A stretch of DNA of 64,000 bases, taken from assembly GCF_040938485.1 (NCBI RefSeq), contig NW_027271543.1, forward strand, positions 1,612,001 to 1,676,000, written 5' to 3'. Positions 37,628-50,331 of this stretch are shown in pieces. Source of the DNA: Diadema antillarum. Lineage: Eukaryota. Both the position numbers and the translations under genes were made by a program. The notes under the pieces are model-generated. The model did not search any database. It was not told the DNA's origin and saw only the letters and a program-made list of their open reading frames with translations. The first letter of the stretch is position 1, and each line of letters begins with the position of its first letter.

Positions 37628-38741
37628 TGTTACGACCAAAATCACTCTGAGAATGATCGCACAAAAGAAACAATCAACTGATGTTCAGGCGGTTTATTAA
37701 CAGTGATATTGAGGGTACAGACTGGTAATCGGCGTCACATCAGTACAATAATGATCACGATAAACAAATATACGTCAGTAATGGAATTACTTACATAGGC
37801 ATTACACGCAATATCCCTGGAAATGTCCAAATATGATGTTCGATGCACAAATGAATGATCCGCGATACACCGATGAATGATTCCTTCGACGTAACTCCAG
37901 AGGCGCAGGTTGCGATAATCCTTGGTATAAATCCGGGGTAAAGATCCACGATATATGTCCACGGCGAAACGTGCAGAGTCCAAACGTTGTGACGACCACG
38001 TCCAATTGATGCGTTGAATGATGATTCACTTAATAATGTTCAGCTAAGAATCCAGCCCGTCACAGCTTTGCCGTAGCAATGTCCACTGACAGAAAAATAT
38101 GGAGTCTATCTCCAATGTAGGCAAATTAATTATCTGCAGGCAAAATGTCTCCCAGGCCTTATCTCCACAAACATAACAGGTCAGCAGGTAACACAGGACT
38201 GACTATAACAAGTCACTTCAGAGCCAGAAGTGACGTAACTCTCAGAGCAGAGGTGTTGGGTACTCTGCCTACTGCAGAATTTCTCTAGCTTATATACTAT
38301 CTATTCACCCCTTCTAGCACATTCTATAACTCTCTCCAACCTACTAGCCAGTCTAAGTTCCAGGAAACTTGGATGACTCACTGCCTAACTATGTACAAAA
38401 CATCATTGCCAAGAATAACTACCAATCACATTGGGCTACAGGGACAGTGCCTCACTCAGCCAAATATGTTAGCACTTCCCAGAACTTTCTGGAATGGGTG
38501 AAATCATTCTAGATTGAGTGAGCTATAATGTATTTCCTGCTACATGCATGTACTGTATAGCTACATTGTATACCACCTAGAAAATTCTCCACTTATCTGG
38601 TCAGCCTGTATGTACTATATCTATACCACATAGAATGTTCTCCATTAATCTGGTCAACTGTGTACGTACACATTAAAACAGCCATGCATACAGTACATCA
38701 TACATATATGTACATAACTACTAGTGTGTACATTTGTGACA
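37628..38741 (-). repeat. 5' LTR of the Gmr1-like element
   Basis: Sense strand runs TGTCACAAATG...GGTCGTAACA. Candidate TATA (TATATAAG, 38289-38296) and AATAAA (37693-37698) on the - strand. Confidence 0.96.
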
Positions 38742-41700
38742 ATATATACGGCCTAGCTAGTATTATCAGGGACATTCGAATGCGTGCGCATGCGCCTTTC
38801 CGTATTTTCTTCACATACAAACTGTACTATCTTTCATTGCAAAAAGGTCCAAAAATTTATGATTACGACCCCCCCCCCCCTGAAAAAATCCTGGATATAC
38901 CCCTGTATGCAGTTTGGTAAACAAATACTCATGATTGGCAGTTATTAAGATATCAATGTCCGTATGAACGGGCGCAAAAAAATCATGGTACCGTATGTGG
39001 ATCACTATCAACATCCTGCTATTTTGTCTGTGTGAATGACACTTCTGATCCATAGGTCAACCATGCGTAAGGTATCATCACACTGGTTTAGAAAATGTAC
39101 ATGTGACTGTGTGGCTGCATGTATGATCAAAGCTTGTGCTTCATTTGTTGTGCCCAGGGAGGTGAGACAAAAAGGAGTGGGCACTCTGCCCTGAGGGTTT
39201 TCCCTATCACTCAACACAGGATTACAAGGGATCAGTGCCCCAACGAACAAGTAAACGACCTCTTACGTAACGAGGTCAGTCTGATCGTTATCACTGCTGT
39301 TTGATGTTCGATCCTCGGGGCCGCGGTGATTTGGCCCTCTATCGTTAGGAGTATGGACAGGCCAGTTGACTTGTGTGTGTTCACAAGGACGTGTATGAGG
39401 GTTTTACATTCTTTATGCAGGCTCACACGGCATATGCTCTTGGGACCTGCTAGTCTAAGAATTCAGCTCTCGATAGATACAAAAATTTTGAAAATCGGCC
39501 AAGAAGAAGTTGAGTTTTGACAATGTAACTGTTTAACAATAGCCATTGTTTTGTTCTTGTTTTAATCAAATTACGACGCAATGTCAAGTGTAAATCCTGA
39601 CTAGTGCTGACGAAATTCACCTGTAGATCAGCAGATGTTGGGGTTTTTCTTTAGTCTGATGTATCACTTCATTGTTCGCTCGTGTTGGTTCTCTTGTCAT
39701 ATTTTTTGGGAAACTTGCGTACATCCGCCAACACATGTTTTTTCTGGTCCCACTAACATATTTTTGTGAGCAATTTTAGTTCTCCAGGGGATGAAAACAC
39801 TATTTGAATGTTTTTTTGTTGTATGCTGGGGATATATTGAGGCAGGAGGGCTCGAATCTACAACAGAGTGGTCATGATGGAGACTACTATAGGACCTAAT
39901 CTTGGTGAAATAACTTGCCTCCTTGCCTGGTGTATGGTGAAAACATGTGAGAGTTCAGTGAGAGCTGAACTATCTCACATGTCCTGTATCACTGTATGCC
40001 TGATAAGATATTCACCATGGCGCTTTTTTTGTCTGTCTCTCTGTTTTTGTTTTATTCTTATTTGAAAGCTGAATGGGTATTTTTATGATGGTTGTTGCTG
40101 TTCTGGTTAGTATTTTCTGTGCTAGCTTGGTATTAAAATTATTATTATCATCAGACATTATTAGGGCCTGTGTTCCACTACTCAGCTGTTCATGTTTCCT
40201 TCACATTCTTTCAATCAGTATATTATTATTGGTGCTGCTAATCATTATTATTAAATGTTTTTAAGTCTGTGTTAATTTGTTTCCATTTCATGTAAAAGTT
40301 ATTTCACCATAATAGCATGCAAAGTACATTTGTTCCCAAGAAATCTTATAGTACATGGACATGTAAATGCACATAAATTATAATACCTTGAATACTAGCT
40401 GCAAAATTCAAAATGTGACCATGCAACCAGTTCACTGCACATCACAATGCACCAGTGTTGTTTGCAGGCACAGCAATGGGTAATGCACCAGTTATGCACC
40501 AGTATACACCACCCATCCAGTACCACATGGAGTAATCCAGGTTCTGGCCAGGGAGGGGTGAGACCCACCAGCCTGTTGACAAGGATTGCGCATGTGCACT
40601 GTGCGGCCAAGCGGCAGTAATCTAGTTAGTGGAGTGGTCTCTTGGGGAGTGCGGCTCCGAGGATGGTTCAAAAGACACTAATCCAGTGCCCACTCCTTTT
40701 CCTCTCACCTCCCTGTTGTGCCTGAGCATTGACATTGGACAGAGTGGATCATGCAGTGATTGTAACCCAGTGATTGGTGTGAGCGGGCAGAGAGGGGAAG
40801 TCCGTGCGAATTTGATCCCAGGCGGTTGGTTTTCGGGGGTGTGAGTCAGCTCTGGCAGGTGTCAAATTCTGCTCGATTCTGCAATCAGAGGATTGATGCC
40901 TCACCTAACGTGTGTCTCACTCCTCTGTGGTACGCTACTTTCCCCTGCAATCCTATTTGACATAGAATTCCCTGTAGAGATGATTGGTTAATTGATTTTT
41001 TTTTTGAGTCAGGTTATATTTGTAACACTGGGTGAGAAGATCCTGAAGTCGCGCTTGTTAAAGGAAATGCCAATCTTAGAAATGAGAAATTTTGTCTGTG
41101 TAATCATTATGACGTATTTTCTACTCTTTCATATAAAAAAAAAATAGATACAGCTATGATTATGAAGTGAAATTGTTCGTCCATCGTATGAGTCACATAC
41201 TCTGTGACTGCCACGCAATATTTCTGTAGTATGATGAATGCATTTCTGCAACTACTTTCAGCTTTAAACATATTCATGGTAATGGGGGATGACATAAAAA
41301 GAAGTTGGATTTTAATGTCATGGTCTGAATATTGTGCTAACATATTTCTTCTATGTTTTGTCTTTTTTTTTCATTTGTTTGGTTAAGAACAAGAGCCAAA
41401 AAGTAAAAGTGTTAATCATGCAGTAAAAACTTGACAGATGCCTAAAGTTAAGATTTAGTCTCCTGTAATTGTGTTTGCATTCTTTGCATACTTCTCCGGT
41501 ACCTGTGATGCAGCACACTGTAACCAGGTGTACAGTCATATCCCAGTTTACAGTGTAGGGTAGTGCCAACTCTTTTTCATAAGATGTACAGTTATACACA
41601 TTTCTAGTATTGCCACCAAATTTTAGAAATAGGCTATAATAATCCTATCGCTAATTCAGTAATGTTTTGATGTGTATGGCAATTTCAGTAGTAGTGACAA

Positions 41701-42865
41701 TAATAAAACAATTACTACTAATAATGATGGTGATTTGTATAGTGATAACAATGACAATGATGGTAATAATGATTATAGTGTTGATAATGATAATGATAAT
41801 GATATAATTTTTATTATAGATTAGGGAATAATAAGAAAGAAAAAGATGGCTGGATCATTAATCTATGCATATTCCTGAAGACATGGACAGCCAAAAGGGA
41901 CAAAGTACAATGAAATTGTTAAAGTAGACAACAGCTGGAGTGCCCTTTTTAATGATTACAGGAATTTCACTTTCAGCAGTCATGATAAGAAAGTGAATTT
42001 CCAGTAATGAGCTAGGCAATACGTGCATTCTCAGAGCGGACGTCACTATTCCTCCTCCACACCTGTAAAGCAACTAATGAGGAGTCCAGGCATTAAACAA
42101 AAACCTTAATTGGATTCTCTGGCATGCTGTATAGGGTAGTGATACTCATTTGCAGAGCAGCGTCGTCGCAGCGCGAACCAGAAATATGCTAATTGTAGAT
42201 GAGACTAGACTAACTTGAGTAGAAAAGTAAAGACTGCATGTGAGCATGATTCATCAGCGGAGCATTTCTCAAATGTGCTACAAAAACAAAAACAGAGGTC
42301 ACACTTCCAAGAAAATTACAGTTTTCATAAGTCTAATTGAGGGATAGTTCCATCGGAGACTCAAAACGTGTGTGCTGTTTTTAAGAAAACAAGGGGGGAG
42401 GGTGGTATAAAGCAGCACATATGTTGCAATAATATGGAAGTGGGTCATTTGCTTGAACTAAATCCAAAAGGGGAATTGGTGTTGTATACAGTTAATGAAA
42501 TGATACCTTTCCTGTGATCAACCAAAAATGAAAGTCATGCTGTTTAAGTTTATACGAAGCAAGTCCAGATAAATAGATACATTGAAATGGTACACTAATG
42601 CCTACAGAGGAAAAACACCTCTCTTATGAAGCAAAGAATGTAGTAACTTTTGTGGGCAAGTTATCATTGGGTCCCACACAGGTAAGAACTTTGGTTTATA
42701 GGGAAGAACATATATTTAATTGATGTGTCAGACATATTCTAACCTTAAAGTTACAATCACCATAAGTCATTCATTACCTGAAAAAGTATAGGCCTACCCC
42801 TCTGATTTAGGGCCTCTGAAAATGCTGAAGAAAAACCAAGACGTCAAAGATGAACAGGAATTTAA

Positions 42866-43433
42866 AGGACAAGTTCACCTTCATAAACATAAGGATTGAG
42901 AGAATGTAGCAATATTAGTAGAACACATCATTGAAAGTTTGAAGAAAATCAGACAATCCGTTCAAAAGTTATGAATTTTTGAAGTTTTTGTGCAGTAACC
43001 GCTGGATGAGAAGACTACTCCAGTGTATGAATAACTTAGATGTCACATGCGTACAACAATATAAGGAAAATATAAAGAGAATTTCACAAAATGCCATCTT
43101 TTGAAAAAGTACACATTCCCCTGACTCGTTACCGACAAATGTTATGGGTAATATTATTCCCCCTGCCTTTAGAAAGAGGCAAGTCAAGAGCTCTTTTATT
43201 ATGCGAAAAAGGTGAAAATATGTTGAATTTTCTTTTACATTTTCTTTATACTGTTGTACGCATATGACTCACAAGCTGTAGTAGTCTCCTCATCCAGCGA
43301 TTCCAACACAAAAATTTTAAAAATTCATAACTTTTGCATCGATTGTCCAATTTTCCTCAAACTTTCACTGATGTGTTCTACTAATATTGTTGCATTCTCT
43401 CAATCCTTATGTTTATGAAGGTGAACTTGTCCT
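42866..43433. mobile_element. TTAA-flanked MITE with long TIRs (Kolobok-like)
   Basis: TTAA on both sides (42862-42865, 43434-43437), AGG...CCT termini, long imperfect TIRs. A TTAA TSD with RR...YY ends is the Kolobok pattern. Confidence 0.88.
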
Positions 43434-43532
43434 TTAACTGTACTATAGAGAAAAGGAAGTTCACTAGCCAACTCCATTTCTCTGTCCCTTATAGGTCTCT
43501 TACAGTGTACAGTAGAGCTAAAATCTTACTGA

Positions 43533-43732
43533 CCGTATCCGGGCAATTACCCCCAGAGGGCAATTACCCCCGGTCAAATACTGGTTGGTGGCAAGGTTAG
43601 AGTAAAGATTAGGGTTATGTTTAGGGTTAGGAGTTTGGGTTAGGGTCAAGGCTAGGTTCAGGATTAGGATTAGGATTAGGGCTAGGGGAAGGGTGCGGGG
43701 TAATTGCCCAGGGGGTAATTGCCCTAGACCCG
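43533..43732. mobile_element. TIR element enclosing degenerate telomere-like hexamers
   Basis: Doubled GGGCAATTACCCC motif at the left, doubled GGGGTAATTGCCC at the right; interior of TTAGGG/TTAGGA/CTAGGG-type hexamers. Confidence 0.7.
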
Positions 43733-46202
43733 AAATGAACACATGCACTGACATGGATATTATTTTTCTTTGAAGGAGATGATATAGGCCCTATTATTCC
43801 TTTAGTTTAGAGAAACAATTACCTGTCACAATATATGCTGTCTCTATGGGATATGCCACTAGTAGATAATACCTGTGGTGTTTAAGTTTACCATGATTTT
43901 CATTATGTGTTCATTTCATGTGTAACTGCACACTGATGGTGATAAGCTCATTTGGCATTATCTAGGCATCATTACTTTGTAAAATTTCAGTACCAGGAAG
44001 GCTGCTTTGCTCAACAAAAATCTGTGGTCTTAATTTAGCCTTCTGTATAAAATTAGTACAATGTGTTACCTTTTAGTAGTGATTGTAGTATAATACAGAG
44101 ATCGATGTTATACAATTGCGTGATGCCATCTCAGCTTTCTTGTTACTTTTAATACTCTTGTACAAATAGTCGATGTAACAGAGATGTACAAATAGTCGAT
44201 GTAACAGAGATTTGTATTATTGTGCGTATGTTTTTGCACAAATAAAAATCAAATTTTATGCCTGACTCAATTTAAGGTATGTGTGGTGAGTGTCCATGAC
44301 TTGCCCACATCCTATGATATAACATCATACTCTAAATAAGAAGTATAAAAGAGGGATTCAACCCAGGGGTATTAAATGTAGTATCCAATGTCATCAAGGA
44401 AACTGTTCTGAAGGGCTGCTCTTGGGTGAAGCTGTTTGCAAGAATATTGGATTTGGCAGCTGAAACCACTAATAAATCCATCCATCCATTAGCAATCTGA
44501 CATTGCTGAAAAGAGTTGCGAAGAGGCAAGGAAAGTAAAGAGGGGTGGTGATAGAGGAGAAGGAGCTAGGTATATAATATATTTACATAGTGAGTGATTG
44601 ACATCATTCTGAGCCTGTTTGATCAAATCAAACCCACCAGCTGCCCACTTCCTCATGATGCGGATGAGCTGCTCTCAGTGAATCTCAGCAGGTGAGTGGA
44701 TGTACAGTTGTGTGTGATAAAGTATCCTCAAGCGCCGAAGAAGCGTATGGCTCGCGGTCGACGTTCCTGTCATGAAGGTGCTAGCACCGCCCCGTCCATT
44801 CTTAGGAATCCAGGAATAGTTGCGGCATAGTAGGTGCTGATGGCTGGGATGGGCAGATCAAAATCTTGTTTAGCCAGTGATCAGGTCTGACAACACCAAC
44901 ATGTGTGTCCTCCTATATTATCTGGGCATTTCCAGGACAGAGGCATTTTACAAATGGATGAAGAGCAATAACATAACCATCAGATGCATTTGAATAAGGA
45001 ATAGATGATTGAGAATGAGATCAAATATTGCCAATTTACCACTTGAATTTAAATGCAAGAGGCTACCAGCAAATATGAAGTGAAAATTGTTTTAAATATG
45101 GAAATAATTGATGACCCATCCCTTGAAGTTATTACAGATTATTTACAGCTCTGTCAGGAACGAAAGGCTCTTGAGTGAAAGTAGCCACAGCACATTTAAC
45201 TGGTCCATTATGAAACATGAAAAATTGCCCAAGAAACTATCTATATTCACAGTAGACTTATTAAAACCCACTTTAGGTGAGGACTTTGTTTCTGTGAGAT
45301 TGATAAAAAATAGTAATACTATAAAAAAGATAAATTGTGTGCTTTTATTTTCACGTTAGTTTCTTCTCGCACGAAATGTGCAAAAATTTCTGCATTGCAA
45401 AAATTTTCATTTTACAGCATTACACTGGCAGTCCTTTTATTCATATTTGTTTTGTTTAGTTTGAACTTAGATTTAGTGTCTTGTGGTACAATTTTAGGCT
45501 AATATTAGAGTTTAAAATTGGTCGGTCACATGACATCTTCTTCAGGATCACATGAAATTTAAAAAGTCATTAAATTTCCTGTGACTTCTAAAACTTTCTC
45601 ATAAAGTTGGGTGTGTTGCGTAGAAAAGAGGTTTGTTTATGGAAATTGCCTCTCTTTCTTGGAACCATGAATATTAATGTTGCACTGCAGGTACATTGTA
45701 CTTGTAGGTGCCAAATGTTTTCAAGGTCTAGTCTGTCATTACTTTCCTAAGGTCAAAGAACTTACCTCAAATTTGAATGTATAAAAAGAAGGAAACCTTG
45801 CAACATCATTAGCATTCTAGGTACTCTTGAGTTTGAGTTTAGTTTGTTAACAACAAAACATATCTAAATGAGAGGATGAATACTTGTTCATGTTCATTTT
45901 TTTATTTTTTTTTTTTGCCTGAGCATGCAAGTATGACAATAAAAATACAATAATCAAAGATTTATGTACAGGTATTGATACATGCATACACCGTTCTTAA
46001 TCATAATACATATATTTACCTTGATTGTTTGGGGGAAAAAAAATCTAGACAAAATGTTGTTAAAAGGAGACAATGTATGACAACATGCATACATAAACAT
46101 AACACATACATATTTACCTTGATTGTTTAGAAAAAAAAAAAGTTAACTGAAGAACCAAAAGTTAGCACAAGTGCTAGTCGAGAATGGTTCTCCAGTAATT
46201 GA

Positions 46203-46453
46203 AGGGGAAGTCCACCACTGAAAAAACTTTTTTTTTTCAGTTTTATCAGAATTTGCTCAAACCTTCACTGTCCTGGGCCCTGTTTAATGAAGAATTATAA
46301 TTGATTATATAGTTGATTTCTATCATAAGTCTATGGTAGCCTGTGTATTAAGGAAATTTATAATTGATTTTATCTTTTGATAAAACAGGGCCCTGTTATG
46401 CTAATTTTTCTGCTTCTGTTCTCACTAACTAATTTTCAGGGTGGAGTTTCCCT
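46203..46453. mobile_element. Short TTAA-type MITE containing a nested insert
   Basis: AGGGGAAGTCCACCACTGAAAA...TTTTCAGGGTGGAGTTTCCCT followed by TTAA. Confidence 0.6.
46275..46393. mobile_element. ~120-bp GGGCCC-ended MITE (Harbinger-like)
   Basis: GGGCCCTGTTT...AAACAGGGCCC; homologous to 25151-25272. Confidence 0.7.
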
Positions 46454-48415
46454 TTAAAGGTGCATTCGAAAATAAGGGCTGTGTTGACTTTACCAAACTT
46501 TGAAAATAAAATTTAAAAAAAGGCATTTGCACAGTCATGGCTTGCAAATTGAAATCATCTTCAAACTGCTTGGTGTCAGTTTTTGTGTTTTTGAATAAAT
46601 GAAAATGATGATGTTAACAACTTTGTACTTAAACTATATGGAAAGAGATGATAAATGCATGATATTGAAAGAAATACTTTATAGACTGATAGTCCATCGG
46701 AGGTGCATTCCCTGCCTCCCCCCCCCCCCATAAAAATACTGGTAATAAAAACAACAACAACAACACTTGAGATCCTTTGCCAAGGGTCATCTCACATGAA
46801 CCTTTCACTGCCCAAAGATCTCTTGCAATGTATGTATTTGGCATGTATTTGTTTCTTTGTAATGATCTGTAAGTTGTATATTGTTTTATATTTTGCCAAA
46901 TGAATGAAGGAATGAATGAATGAATGAATGAATGAATGTCAACCTCTTTGCTGGAGGAAGCAACAAGTTTCACACTGTTCTGCATGAGCTTTAGACAGAG
47001 CTGATCACACATTTGTGGAGATGATGAATACAGAGAAGAGATGTAGATGGGGTTGAGAGAGGATGCATTCATTTCAAACCCATACTCCACAAATACACAG
47101 ACAACAGTACTCAGACATACACTCTACGAACTGAAATTTTAGTAGTTTTATTTTTGCAGATGTCATGGATCGTCTTTGAATTGTGAAATAATAGCATGTG
47201 ATTGTTGTAGAAACATGCGGAAATAACAGTGCATGAAAATATCCCCCCCCCCAAAAAAAAAAAACCAACAACAACAACAAACAAACATATCAAGCCATGC
47301 AAGTGCTGTAGACACTAAACTAGTAAAGTATTGTAAGTCTAGTACACTGTGTGGGCCATGACATAGCTTGGCATAGATTGTTAAGGTCTTCTGGATTAAG
47401 GATGTATTAAAGGTGTTTTAATAGTACTTGTATGTATACGTGTTTGTGTGATACATCAGCTATGTGTCTATTCATACAATATGCATTTGATGTATATTAA
47501 AAGAATATCTTCTTGTGATTCCCCACTGGCAAAAATGCACAGCATACATAATTGATGAAGCTCTTCACTATAACTTCCAGCTTGACCTTTTTATATCCAT
47601 GGTAACCTCATCATCCACTCTTGAATCACTCTTCTCCCTGCTCTTTACATCTCTTCTTTTTTTTTACCTCCTACTCCAATTCGTGTCCCATCTCTTCTCT
47701 CCATATCTTCCAGCTTAACTGCTCCCCGCGTTCATCTTGTGTTGTTTCTCTCTCCTAATTTCTGTGCCTATTGAATTATGTATCCTTATTAAAGGCATTT
47801 TATGCTTAGATATCTTGCAAATGAATCTTGGCAATGATAGGTTGCTGCAATATCCAAAAGGATCACTCTATCACTGCGATCTCAGAATAAGAAAGAACGG
47901 TGTAGACATCTCAATGAGCTATCATTGCTTCATTGTTGCATTTGAAGTGCAATCTGCAATATTCTAGCCACATAGTTGATCATTAATCACTGTCATGTGA
48001 AGGATATCACAAGTAAAGATCTTTTAAGAGAACAGGAATCTGGGGTTGAATACGAAACTAGAGCATATAATAGAAGAATAGTGATTTCAGTGTATCTAAA
48101 GAAGGTGGCACTGAGACAAGAACTGTTCATACTGATGCTACATCTATTGATGGCAAGTATTTATGCTTTGTGTCTAGTGTAATCTTAAAATCTGAACTGT
48201 CTTCCGGAGTTCCAGGGATTTGTACAAATTGTATGTTGTACCAATGTGTACATATAGACATTTTCCAGTATTCATTGGCACAAAAATGTTCATCAAATTT
48301 CTTCTTTCATCCTTTTGAGTTTTGTACACTACTCTCTGTTGCATTCTAATGCAAATAATTACATTCACTTTTGTGCTCAGTTTCTCATTACTCTAGAAAC
48401 TGTACTTGCTGCAAC

Positions 48416-48417
<2 letters not shown>

Positions 48418-48464
<47 letters not shown>

Positions 48465-48488
48465 CATACACACACACATGCACACACA
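48418..48488. repeat. (CA)n microsatellite (others at ~7385-7437, ~12069-12120, ~27221-27270, ~55626-55693)
   Basis: Directly visible dinucleotide runs. Confidence 0.95.
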
Positions 48489-50331
48489 TACTCTCTGATG
48501 TCTCATAAAAGCTTCCTCTTTGTATTTCTGTTTCATCCTTTTCAACTGATTCACCAGTTCCAGGTTTTAGGAGGAAGCTTTTATGGACAATGAGTTGATA
48601 AAGTGACACTTAAGAGCAACAGGAATGTATTGGAGTTGATGATAATACATACTGAATATGCACACATTGTGCTCATTTAGTACTGAAAGGGGGGGGGGGG
48701 GTGAGGGGCAAGGGGAGGGGAGTGAGATAGAGAGAGAATAGAAAAGAGAGCAGTATTATTTGCACGTACGTGCCTGATGGGAGTTTTTTGCAAAAAGTGG
48801 TTGAGCGGTGAGCATTTGAAGGGCTGGGCTTTAATTAAAGTGTCACAAGCGTATCGAGGCTTGCAGTGGTGGTGTGTGCAGAGAACACTTCTGATGACTC
48901 AGGATTTCTGAAGATTTCAAAATCCATTTGTAACTTTACAGATATATACTGGACAGAGAGGGAATACTGAGATGTCCCCCCCCCCCCACCCACACACTCC
49001 ATGGTGCATATCTGTCATTTTCTCCCTCGTTGTTCAAGGAATTAGATGGGGAACAGGGGAGCAGTGCATATCCATTTTAACAACAAGCTTCTTCTCTGAG
49101 AGTGAATTATGAGCAAACACAAATCTAAAATAGCACTATTATTGGCAATTTACATGCAGCTCTCGAGCGAGATACCTTTACTGGCATTAATGCATCAATC
49201 ACAGTGCTGACTGAAAAGGAAAACATTATTACAAGATTCATCTGTTCCTACAAGCATCTCTTTCATTAGAGATAGACTTTTTGTTTTATTTTGAAGCCAG
49301 TTGTTATACAGCTCATCTTCATGTTTACTTTGATCAATAGATAGAAAGCTCGCTAACATAATGTCATTTTATCAACATAAAAGATTTGTTTCAAAAGAAA
49401 AAGGTTTTGATATCCCCCATTTATTTTGGTTGATACTTTAGCAACTACAACCCCTACCCCTTGAAAGTCACAAGTATGAATCTATTGCAATACAGGTTAG
49501 TTTGATACAGATGATACACAATATTCTTATTGATACTTTGTTTTAAAAAAAAAGGATATAAATCAGTGAAGATTTATGTTAAGGTGAGTTTGAGACATGT
49601 GACAGATAATAGCATAACTTCAAGACCTCATCTGCATATTATAATATTGCATGTGGGTTGCGACAAATATCCCTGACTGGTCAAAGTATGTGCAACTTTA
49701 AAGTCTCGTAACTCCCTTATTTTATGTATAATGTTACATGAGTCTTCTGCCATACCCTTAGAACTTGCCCATTCTACCCATTCTACAGTTACTTTAGACA
49801 TGGTATGCCTCTGCACTTTCAGTTCCTGTTCTAGTTATGGGACCATATATGTAACAGGATTCAGGTTACAAACAGAAGCCCATTAACATCTTCAGTAGAA
49901 GGGACTGTTGTCTCCCAGAACTTCTGGCAGTGTTGATGTCTTACTTCTCAAGTTGTATCGAAGAAGATTATATTGTATAATAATAGATTTTTCATCCACA
50001 GATTCTGTGTTCCTGGACAGTGTGCTAAATTACTGAAAAAAATAAATGTTCTTGAATGTGCCTTGTGCCAAGTCTGTTTCAAAACTGATTGAAATAATAG
50101 CTTTTAATGAGAGCAACTACCACAAGCATCAAACAGTGAAAGTCTCCATCTGATTTTCCTCTGGTACATCAATGGAATATCTTACTATGAAAAAGTATCA
50201 TTATAGTCTGTCTTTATAATGGAAAAAGAAAAGAAAAAGAAAATGGCCAAGATTGTTTGGGATTTTGTTCATTTGGAATTATCTATTAAATTCATCAATG
50301 TATTCCCATTTGTGTGCTCTTAATTTTACAG

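Larger units (their letters stand above)
31398..38741 (-). mobile_element. Full-length Ty3/Gypsy LTR retrotransposon, Gmr1-like (integrase upstream of RT)
   Basis: Two 1114-bp direct repeats (31398-32511 and 37628-38741), TG...CA ends, 4-bp TSD ATAT (31394-31397 and 38742-38745), PBS, PPT and a single intact gag-pol ORF. Confidence 0.97.
30668..38905. mobile_element. Non-autonomous TIR element (with ~220-bp internal subrepeats) interrupted by the Gmr1-like insertion
   Basis: Left end CATGGGTGTATGCAAGG versus right end CCTGGATATACCCCTG (imperfect TIR); TATGC on both flanks (30663-30667, 38906-38910); three internal GCACCA...GTTC.AAAA.ATG.AAAA units near 30790, 31015 and 31212. Confidence 0.6.

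Noticed and set aside
39248-39290. GACCTC...GAGGTC hairpin near CTGATCG, and a GTTCGATCC B-box-like motif at ~39308
   Set aside because: Does not fit the hammerhead core, and no tRNA cloverleaf or A-box is correctly placed.
44332-44900. GC-richer block with KSNILANSF, reminiscent of CR1/L2 ORF2
   Set aside because: Too decayed to support by eye; needs a profile search.
48888-48930. CTGATGA followed by a small stem (hammerhead candidate)
   Set aside because: No GAAA after the stem and no stems I/III. Other CTGATGA sites (1402, 55807) also fail.
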